Positions 57,316 through 64,000 of a stretch of 64,000 nt of DNA are shown in pieces. The notes beneath the pieces are model-generated. The model did no database searches. It was not told the DNA's origin and saw only the letters and a program-made list of their open reading frames with translations. Made by a program: the position numbers and the translations under genes. Each line of letters starts with the position of its first letter. The stretch's first letter is position 1. Source of the DNA: Acidimicrobiia bacterium (GTDB lineage Bacteria > Actinomycetota > Acidimicrobiia > Spongiisociales > UBA5794); assembly GCA_041605955.1 (NCBI GenBank), contig JBFIXI010000002.1:19525-83524 (forward strand), read 5' to 3'.

Positions 57316-57346
57316 CGTCTTAGGCGCGCTCAGCGCGCGTAAGACG
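57316..57346. repeat. Near-perfect 14-bp-stem inverted repeat CGTCTTAGGCGCGC-TCA-GCGCGCGTAAGACG in the lhr/HAD divergent region. A second hairpin GCGGCAG-gccgg-CTGCCGC lies at about 57281-57299
   Basis: Read directly. One mismatch in the 14-bp stem. Confidence 0.6.
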
Positions 57347-57398
57347 GCCTCAGCGATCCGGTGCGGGCAAAAAGCCGTCCGACCGATACGATTCGGCG

Positions 57399-58106
57399 GT
57401 GACTTCAACCAATAGCCGGCCGGTGGTCTTCGACCTGTTCCACACCCTTGTCGACCCGGACGACTTCCGCCCCAACAGCTTCAACCGCCTCGAGGCCTCC
57501 GCCGCAGTGCTCGGGGTCGGTTACCCGGCGTTCGACGCCGCCTGGCAGGCCGCCCTCCCGGACCTAGTCCGTGGGCGGATTGCCGTCCGCGGTTTTCTGC
57601 GCCAGCTAGCCCGGGCCAACGGCAGGCCGGCGCGGACGCTCGACATCGCTCCGGCGGCGGAACCGCTGGGTCGCTACCAGGATCTCGCATTGATCCATCC
57701 CCGTCGGCAAGCCATCGAACTCCTGGACGGTATGCGGGACCGCCGCATCGGGCTACTCACAAATTGCCACGATCGGGACATCGAGGCTTGGCCGCAGTCC
57801 CCGTTGCGCAAACGGGTCGACCACGCCGTCTTCTCCACCACGGCACATGTCGCCAAGCCGGACCCGGAGGCATACGAAGCCATCTTGGCGGTGATGGAGG
57901 TGGCCGCTACCCAAGTCGTCTACGTGGGTAACGGAGGCGACGACGAATTGGCCGGTGCGGCGGCCGCCGGTATTGGAACGGTCGTCCATTTCAGCGCCTT
58001 CGACGATGCGCGCCGCCGGGTCGACGCCGTGGAACGGTCGCGCCGCGCCGCACAGGCGGACACCTCAGTGAGGACTTTCGACGATCTCGTCCGCCTGTTG
58101 ACTTGA
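57399..58106 (+). CDS. HAD-family hydrolase
   Basis: Motif I 'VVFDLFHTLV', motif II/III regions, and a 'YVGNGGDDE' motif IV-like segment. Confidence 0.6.
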   Translation: MTSTNSRPVVFDLFHTLVDPDDFRPNSFNRLEASAAVLGVGYPAFDAAWQAALPDLVRGRIAVRGFLRQLARANGRPARTLDIAPAAEPLGRYQDLALIHPRRQAIELLDGMRDRRIGLLTNCHDRDIEAWPQSPLRKRVDHAVFSTTAHVAKPDPEAYEAILAVMEVAATQVVYVGNGGDDELAGAAAAGIGTVVHFSAFDDARRRVDAVERSRRAAQADTSVRTFDDLVRLLT

Positions 58107-58123
58107 ATCCCAGCGGGCCGGGT

Positions 58124-58630
58124 TCAATCCGGGGCGGGCTCACCTAGATAGGCGGGCCTGGGGAGGCTGATAATGCCGTCCTCGTCGGCATACAGCCACC
58201 ATCCGGAGCGTACGTCCAAGCGGCCGATCCGCAATACCACGCCGACCTGGCCCTGGCCCCGCTTGATGCTGCGCTGCGGAGTCGAGCCGAGAGCGCGGAT
58301 GCCGAGCGGCAGTTCGCGCAGGGCGGCGACGTCGCGCACGCAGCCCTCCACGACGACGCCTCTCCAACCGTTGGCGACCGCCACCCCGCCGAGCTGGTCT
58401 CCCAGCAGCGCCACCCGCATCGAACCGCCGCCGTCGATCACCAGGATGCGGCCTTCTCCCGGCGACTCCAAAGCCTGGACGACCATGCTGTTGTCCTCGA
58501 AACAGCGCACGGTCTCCACCTGCCCGCCGAAACGGGATATGCCCCCGTAGTCGCGGAATGCGAGATCGGCCACGCTGACCTTGTTGGGAAACGCGTCGCA
58601 GATATCGGCGGTAGGAGGGAAGGCGTCCAT
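58124..58630 (-). CDS. rraA: RraA-family protein (RNase E regulator / 4-hydroxy-4-methyl-2-oxoglutarate aldolase fold)
   Basis: About 165 aa with the RraA/MenG-like pattern ('GRILVIDGGGS', 'GDQLGGVAVANGWRGVVVEGCVRD'). Confidence 0.6.
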   Translation of the reverse strand: MDAFPPTADICDAFPNKVSVADLAFRDYGGISRFGGQVETVRCFEDNSMVVQALESPGEGRILVIDGGGSMRVALLGDQLGGVAVANGWRGVVVEGCVRDVAALRELPLGIRALGSTPQRSIKRGQGQVGVVLRIGRLDVRSGWWLYADEDGIISLPRPAYLGEPAPD

Positions 58631-58722
58631 CAGGCGAGCCTAGACCCACTCTGCGGCGTTGCCGCTGGCGGGAGGCTCCGCGCCGGCTTGCGTGTAACGA
58701 GGTTGTCAGGGCCGAGTATCAA

Positions 58723-58768
58723 CGTCGGGTGTCATCGTCGGGTGTCATCGTCGGGTGTCAGCGTCGTG
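58723..58768. repeat. 13-bp tandem repeat CGTCGGGTGTCAT, 3.5 copies, upstream of rraA
   Basis: Read directly. Each unit contains TGTCA. Confidence 0.75.
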
Positions 58769-58790
58769 AATCGGGCCGGAGCGAAATCGG

Positions 58791-59540
58791 CTACCGCTGC
58801 GTCGCTGCCACTATGGCGGCGGCCAAGGCGGCGTCGACGGGTGCGTCGATGTCGCCGTTCGGCTTGGCGGCGCTGCCGACTATCAAACCGTCGGCAACCT
58901 CCAAGTAGGACGGGGCAGTTTGCGTATTCACTCCCGAGCCGACGTAGAGAGCAGCGTCGCCGATGGCGGCCCGCGCCTCCTTGAGGTGGACGGGATCCGG
59001 TGCCTTGCCCGTTGCGACCCCGGACACGATGACGGCGTCGGCACCACCGCGGCCGACGAGCTCTTCCGCCGCTTGCGGGAGGGTGACGCCGCCGGGCGGC
59101 ACCGCGTGCTTGACGAACACGTCCGCCAGGATGGCGACGTTGGCCCCGAGCTGTGCTCGCAGGCGGGTTACCTCGGCCGCCTTGCCGATGATCGGCCCCT
59201 GATCCGTGAACATCATTCCCGCCAGCACGTTGACGCGGATGTAGTCGGCTTGCGAGGCGGCCGCAATAGACATGGCGCTCAACGCGTCGTTGCGTAGCAC
59301 GTTGATGCCGAGCGGCCGGGTGACCGCCTCCCTGATCGCGGCCACTGCCCGTGCCATGGCCGCCACCGTCACCGCCGGAACCCGATCGGCGAAGAAAGGA
59401 GCGTCGCCGTAGTTCTCCACCATCAGCCCATCGAATCCGGCGGATTCCAGAGTCACCGCGTCGGCGACCGCGGCGGCGAGAACGGCCTCCATGTCTCCAT
59501 CGAATCCGGGGGAGCCGGGCAGCGCCCGGAGGTGGACCAT
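58791..59540 (-). CDS. BtpA/SgcQ-family TIM-barrel protein
   Basis: 'MVHLRALPGSPGF' is the typical family N-terminus. Start set there. The ORF track extends to 59696. Confidence 0.55.
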   Translation of the reverse strand: MVHLRALPGSPGFDGDMEAVLAAAVADAVTLESAGFDGLMVENYGDAPFFADRVPAVTVAAMARAVAAIREAVTRPLGINVLRNDALSAMSIAAASQADYIRVNVLAGMMFTDQGPIIGKAAEVTRLRAQLGANVAILADVFVKHAVPPGGVTLPQAAEELVGRGGADAVIVSGVATGKAPDPVHLKEARAAIGDAALYVGSGVNTQTAPSYLEVADGLIVGSAAKPNGDIDAPVDAALAAAIVAATQR

Positions 59541-59593
59541 GCCGATCAATCGCGGGAGGCTGTTTTGCCCGGTCGGAGTCGGGCCCACGCGCT

Positions 59594-60349
59594 TCAGTAG
59601 GCCCTGACGACGCGCAGCGCCACCTCGGCCTGCTCGCCCTCGGCTTTCAGATTGGTGGCCGACAAGTCGAGGCGATGCACGGCCAACCGGCACCATTCCC
59701 CGGCGATGCCCTTGATGACGTTCTCGGCATCTTCGGGGCCGTACACCCAGCGGGCATAGTTGGGGCCCATCAGCTCGACGCGAATCCCGCCTGCGGGGAA
59801 CTCCTCGCCGGCCAACTCGAAGGACCAGGGCAGCATTCGATGCGCCAACCAGGCGACGTGGCGCAGGCGAGCCGTGTCGTTGAGCGGATCATCTTCGGGC
59901 TCGCCGGTGAAACGGTCGGCCAGAGCCATCTTGATGTCGAGCCCGTGTGCCCAAGTCTCCATCAGCCGCAAGGTGGCGAACGCTCTGGCGCTCATCGGCG
60001 CCAGAACCCAATCGATCCGATCCGAGGGTGCTTTCTTCGACAAGGCGTCGACGACTGCGGCGCGTCCGGACCGCCACCACTCGATGACTTCTTGATATCG
60101 CTTGGGGCGTCCCTCGCGTACCCCCTGGGCGGTCCACTCATCGATTTCGTCGAGGGTCATTTGACGGGGGCCCTTGCCGGCGACTGCATCCGCCGCCGCC
60201 CATTCGGTGAAGGCCAGGTGGCTTATGGTGTCCTGGATCGACCACCCGGGCGCCATCGTCGGGAGCTTCCAGTCGCGTTCATGCAGCCCCTGGAGGAACT
60301 GATCCAGAGACTGCTCTTCGGCGACCAGATCGGAAAGGATCTCCCGCAT
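59594..60349 (-). CDS. Mycothiol-dependent maleylpyruvate isomerase-like (MDMPI/DinB_2 N-terminal domain family, TIGR03083-like) protein
   Basis: 'WSIQDTISHLAFTEW' metal-binding HxxxE-type motif region at the N-terminus. Start at the internal Met (MREILSDL). The ORF track extends to 61099, antisense to the next gene. Confidence 0.5.
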   Translation of the reverse strand: MREILSDLVAEEQSLDQFLQGLHERDWKLPTMAPGWSIQDTISHLAFTEWAAADAVAGKGPRQMTLDEIDEWTAQGVREGRPKRYQEVIEWWRSGRAAVVDALSKKAPSDRIDWVLAPMSARAFATLRLMETWAHGLDIKMALADRFTGEPEDDPLNDTARLRHVAWLAHRMLPWSFELAGEEFPAGGIRVELMGPNYARWVYGPEDAENVIKGIAGEWCRLAVHRLDLSATNLKAEGEQAEVALRVVRAY

Positions 60350-60378
60350 GGGCCAATATTCTACTTCGCCGCCGCAAG

Positions 60379-61425
60379 CTAACGCCCGGAGACCCATCCG
60401 TTGAGCCGATTCACCAGCTGACGTAGCCGACCCATGTCGCGGCGGTTGAAGTGGAACATGATGCGGTCCAGCTGCGGATGGTCGTCGTCGCGTGCTTCGT
60501 GGCTGGTGATCTCCGTCGCCTCGATGACGCCGGAGACGACGATGTCGGCGAACTCGCGGTTGAGCGCAGCCAGCTGCTCGGCAGATGGGCCCTCTTTCAT
60601 ACGAATGACGAGCTTCCCCTCTACATAACGTTGGGAGTGGTAATTGCGGTAGAAGTGGAGGATCTCGTCCCGGGCTGCTGTGGGGTCGTGGGTGTGTAGG
60701 AACAGGTTGGTGTCGTCCTTCGAGATCATTCCCTGTTCGAGGAGCACGTCGACGAAGCCTCGCCACGCCTCCCAGTATCCGGTGCCGGGGGCATCGAGCA
60801 GGACGATAGGAGCCAGGGGCGCTTTTCCGGTTTGGATGAGCGTGAGCAGCTCGAATGCCTCGTCGAGCGTTCCAAAGCCACCGGGGAACATGACAAACGC
60901 GTCCGACTCCTTGACGAACATCAGCTTGCGGGTGAAGAAGTACTTGAAGTTGATGAGCCGGCTCTCGTGGAGGAACTCGTTGTTGGTGGCCTCGAACGGC
61001 AGCCGTATCGCCACGCCGAAGCTGCGCTCGACACCGGCGCCCTGGTTGCCGGCACGCATGATGCCGGGCCCGGCCCCGGTCACCACCATCCACCCGCATT
61101 CTTCCGCCATGATCCGAGCGTATTCAGAAGCCAGTTTGTAGTTCGGGTCATCGTCTGGAGTGCGCGCCGAGCCGAAGATCGTGACCTTCGGGATGTGCTG
61201 GTACTTGGAGAAGATCAAGAAGGCGTACCGCATCTCCTTGAGCGCACTGTTGGTCAGCTTGAGGTTGCCGACGTCGTTGTTGTCCCGCAGCATTTTCAGG
61301 CCGGTAACGAGGATCTCGGCGACGAGCTGGTCGTCCCTCTCGTCACCGGGCTCGCCGCCGACCGCATCGTGGACCAGCTGGCGCAGCCGCGCGTCGAGTT
61401 CGGGATCACCGAGGTTGTAACTCAT
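60379..61425 (-). CDS. LOG-family protein (cytokinin riboside 5'-monophosphate phosphoribohydrolase-like, long form)
   Basis: 'PGGFGTLDE' and 'GxGxxGxMxA' LOG motifs. N- and C-terminal extensions give about 348 aa. Confidence 0.7.
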   Translation of the reverse strand: MSYNLGDPELDARLRQLVHDAVGGEPGDERDDQLVAEILVTGLKMLRDNNDVGNLKLTNSALKEMRYAFLIFSKYQHIPKVTIFGSARTPDDDPNYKLASEYARIMAEECGWMVVTGAGPGIMRAGNQGAGVERSFGVAIRLPFEATNNEFLHESRLINFKYFFTRKLMFVKESDAFVMFPGGFGTLDEAFELLTLIQTGKAPLAPIVLLDAPGTGYWEAWRGFVDVLLEQGMISKDDTNLFLHTHDPTAARDEILHFYRNYHSQRYVEGKLVIRMKEGPSAEQLAALNREFADIVVSGVIEATEITSHEARDDDHPQLDRIMFHFNRRDMGRLRQLVNRLNGWVSGR

Positions 61426-61488
61426 GGAGAGTCAACGGTACAACGGATTGGCGCCGTCTTTGGCCGGTTCGGGCGGTAGCGTGCCGGG

Positions 61489-62136
61489 GTGCACATCATC
61501 TGGGATTGGAACGGGACGTTGTTCGACGACCTCCACATCGTTGTCGATGCGGTCAACGCTTCCCTGGCCGCCATCGACTCCGATCTGCGACTCGATGCAG
61601 ACGGCTATCGCGATCACTACCGGCGCCCGGTGCGAGAGTTCTACGACGCCATGCTGCCCCGACCGGTCACGGATGCCGAGTGGGAGATCATCAATGACGT
61701 CTTCCACGAGGCCTATGTGGATCTGCTCCACTTGGCGCATCCGGCCGGCGATGCCCATCAGGCGATCGCGGCCGCACAGGACCGGAGGGTGTCGCAGTCG
61801 ATTCTCTCGATGTGGGCGCACCACCAGCTCGTTCCCACCGTGGCGGCGCACCGGCTCGACTTGCACATGGCGGCGGTGCGGGGCGCAGATATGGCGCGCG
61901 GAGAGCGCAAGCAGGAGCTCTTGATCAAGCATCTGGCCGAGCTGCCCGCCGACGGCCGGGTGGTGATGATCGGGGACACCTTCGACGATGCTGTCGCCGC
62001 CTCCCAAGCCGGCATCGAGATGATCTTCTACAACGGCGGCTCTCATCATCGGGACGACCTGGTGGCGACGGGAGTGCCCGTAGCCGACACGCTGCTGCAA
62101 GCGCTCGAGCTCGCCGTGACGACGTTGGAGACTTAG
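61489..62136 (+). CDS. HAD-family hydrolase (phosphoglycolate-phosphatase-like)
   Basis: Motif I 'IIWDWNGTLFDD' and motif IV 'MIGDTFDD'. Confidence 0.6.
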   Translation: MHIIWDWNGTLFDDLHIVVDAVNASLAAIDSDLRLDADGYRDHYRRPVREFYDAMLPRPVTDAEWEIINDVFHEAYVDLLHLAHPAGDAHQAIAAAQDRRVSQSILSMWAHHQLVPTVAAHRLDLHMAAVRGADMARGERKQELLIKHLAELPADGRVVMIGDTFDDAVAASQAGIEMIFYNGGSHHRDDLVATGVPVADTLLQALELAVTTLET

Positions 62137-62174
62137 GTCACCGTCGGCCGGTCGAACCGCCTGCATGCACCCCA

Positions 62175-63161
62175 CTAGAACGGCGACTTGCTGGGGCCGA
62201 CCCGCAGGACCGCCGCCCATACCGTCTCATAGTGGTCACGGTCGTAGGGATCGATGTGGGGGAGCACCATCTCCTCCCAGGAGCGCCGCAGCGGATCGCT
62301 GGTGTGGGCATACATGCGGAGGCCCGCCGGAATCCGATCGAGCACGGTGCGCAGCGACATCGGGGTCTCCACCCGGGTGCGAGCATCGGTCGAGGTGAAG
62401 GAGGCGTTGACCTCCGCCGCCAGCTTGGCGATTGCCGTCGAGTACTCCGTGCGCAAGCCGGCATGGCGCCGCGTCAGCATGGCGGTCAGCTCGTCTTCGG
62501 TAGGGAAGTCCTTCTCCCAGATGATCCAGCGGTCGGCAAATGCCTTGTTGAGGGTTTGCGTGCCGGCGTAGTCCCGCAGGTCGGTCGGGTTGAGAGTGCC
62601 GAAGACGCGCACGTCGGGGCGCAACCGCACCATCTCGCCCGTGGGGAGTTCCAACGCCTGGTGGCGGTCGAGCAAGCCGTGAAGCGCGAAGAGCGTTTCC
62701 GCGCCGGCGGCGTTCAGCTCTGACAGATTGATCACCGCCGGACCGCGCAGCGCTCGGGTGATATCGCCGTCCTCCCAGCGGCTCTCGGTGCCTCCCTTGC
62801 CGTCGCCGTGCAGCTTGACCGAGCCGATCAGCGTAATGTCGCGCACCTCGCCGGTGAGCGGGATGCGGTAGTGAGGCAGCTTGAGAATGGCGGCGAACTG
62901 CTCGAGATCGTGATCCTTGCCGGTTCCCATGTGGCCGCGCAGCGCCAGGTGGAGCGGTGTGTCGGAGAAATGCTCACGCCGCACGCGCTCGAGCGCCGCC
63001 AGCCGGTAGAGCATGCCCAGGTCGATGTAGTAGGGGTCCGGTTCGGGGATGTGCGCCATCCGCGCCGCGTAATCCGGGACGTCCTTGGGGACTTCGGCGA
63101 TCTCGAGCTCGATCGGCTTGCCCTCGCCCGCCGGATCCTCGAACGTGACCGTCTTAGCCAT
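62175..63161 (-). CDS. AAA_5/MoxR-CobS-like ATPase
   Basis: Walker A-like 'GHMGTGKD', which has Asp in place of Ser/Thr. Walker B-like 'VINLSELN'. Sensor region and a C-terminal helical domain. Its start overlaps the upstream VWA gene stop by about 8 nt. Confidence 0.55.
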   Translation of the reverse strand: MAKTVTFEDPAGEGKPIELEIAEVPKDVPDYAARMAHIPEPDPYYIDLGMLYRLAALERVRREHFSDTPLHLALRGHMGTGKDHDLEQFAAILKLPHYRIPLTGEVRDITLIGSVKLHGDGKGGTESRWEDGDITRALRGPAVINLSELNAAGAETLFALHGLLDRHQALELPTGEMVRLRPDVRVFGTLNPTDLRDYAGTQTLNKAFADRWIIWEKDFPTEDELTAMLTRRHAGLRTEYSTAIAKLAAEVNASFTSTDARTRVETPMSLRTVLDRIPAGLRMYAHTSDPLRRSWEEMVLPHIDPYDRDHYETVWAAVLRVGPSKSPF

Positions 63162-64000
63162 GCGTGCTCCTCACTAGGTGACTGAACTGGGTGGTGCCCG
63201 GGGTCGACGCACTGCGGCTCGCCTGCAGCCACCACCCTTCGCCTGCGGTGCCGGCCATGGTCTTCAACAACGTGGACCGCACCCCGTCGACCATCGCCGC
63301 AGCCAAGGTCTCCGGCGTCTCGACTATCTGATGACGGGTATAGGCGGTGCGGACGGTGTCATCGCCGACTCCGATGCCGAGCACGGTGGCTCCGCTCAAC
63401 TCCACGGAATGGACACACTCGGCGAGATCATTCACCGAGCCCCGCGTCATGCCGTCGGCCAGTACCACGATGATGCGATGGTTGACGTGGCGCGCCGCTA
63501 ATCGCTTGGCGCTGTAGGCGAGGTTGTACTCGTCCACGTTCGCCGCCTTCTCGAACATCGACAGTGGGGGGCCGCCGGTGCGATCCAGCCGCACTTGACG
63601 GGCCGCGTCCTGAGGGTCGGCTGCCATGTAGAAGAGGCCGGCGATGCCGTCCTCGGCCAAGCGCCAGCGATCGTCGAAGCTCTTGAGCAGGTAGTGGTTG
63701 ACCGTGCGCGTCAGGCGCTCGGCGGCTCCGCCTTGAGTCCGGCGTAGGCCTCCGGTCGCGTCGGCCCGCCGGGCGATGTAGCTGGCCTCGGTGTCGTCGG
63801 CCTGGGCGACGAAGCTGCGGTTGAAGACGGCCACTTCGAAGTCGATCTGCAGCTCGTCGCATAGTCGCGCCAGCGTCCAAGCCCCGAGCGTGGCGGCCGC
63901 CAGTGCCCATGGGGACTTGCGTCCGCCTCGGGTCGGGCGAGGTTGCAGCATCGAGGCCGAGCCGTCGACCAGCAGGCTGACGCCGTACGAGCGGCGGGTC
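63154..64000 (-). CDS. VWA-domain protein (CobT/NorD-like), 5'-truncated by the window edge
   Basis: The frame stays open upstream of the listed Met to the window end. The upstream codons encode 'GVSLLVDGSASM', a MIDAS DxSxS motif. A VWA fold follows ('RIIVVLADGMTRGS'). Confidence 0.55.
   Translation of the reverse strand, partial: TRRSYGVSLLVDGSASMLQPRPTRGGRKSPWALAAATLGAWTLARLCDELQIDFEVAVFNRSFVAQADDTEASYIARRADATGGLRRTQGGAAERLTRTVNHYLLKSFDDRWRLAEDGIAGLFYMAADPQDAARQVRLDRTGGPPLSMFEKAANVDEYNLAYSAKRLAARHVNHRIIVVLADGMTRGSVNDLAECVHSVELSGATVLGIGVGDDTVRTAYTRHQIVETPETLAAAMVDGVRSTLLKTMAGTAGEGWWLQASRSASTPGTTQFSHLVRSTHG

Noticed and set aside
58105-58140. tRNA-like T-loop sequence GGTTCAATCC followed by GC-rich bases
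   Set aside because: The flanking bases do not form a T-stem (CCGGG versus CGGGG), and no acceptor, D or anticodon arms can be built. It is more likely an imperfect bidirectional terminator hairpin between the convergent HAD and rraA genes
59594-61099. 501-aa ORF-track call for the MDMPI-like gene
   Set aside because: The first 250 aa are Arg/Pro-rich, have no homology, and run antisense across the LOG gene. The conserved domain begins at the internal Met used here

Overview
High-GC (about 70%) chromosomal segment, almost certainly from an actinobacterium. Supporting signs are frequent GTG/TTG starts, the actinobacterial LexA box TCGAAC-N4-GTTCGA, a mycothiol-type MDMPI-fold protein, an archaeal-type inositol-3-phosphate synthase, and many 4-nt start/stop overlaps. 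Coding density is high. I found no tRNA, rRNA, CRISPR array or transposase. Gene content is mostly housekeeping or metabolic, with several features that stand out. (1) An SOS mutasome is split over two loci: imuA'-imuB at about 4-6 kb and dnaE2 at about 28.6-32 kb, each preceded by an identical 20-nt LexA-box sequence. (2) A thiamine salvage operon (TPK, substrate-binding protein, permease, ATPase) sits behind a clear TPP riboswitch. (3) A roughly 990-aa secreted protein carries an internally duplicated domain of about 170 aa. (4) A beta-roll/zincin-like secreted protein is translationally coupled to two unknown ORFs. (5) An RHH protein is coupled to a DUF4097 repeat protein. (6) A type II dehydroquinase is fused to an alpha/beta hydrolase. 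(7) A full-length Lhr helicase has a leaderless promoter that weakly resembles the PafBC/RecA-NDp motif, next to strong palindromes. (8) A 5'-truncated VWA gene is coupled to an AAA ATPase at the right edge. There are also several short intergenic tandem repeats and an AT-rich LysR-type operator island. I cannot point to a compact, clearly novel defence-like system. The least-explained candidates are listed as findings with modest scores. Motif coordinates that I counted by hand may be off by 1-2 nt. CDS coordinates follow the supplied ORF track, with start codons re-chosen where the track clearly over-extends.
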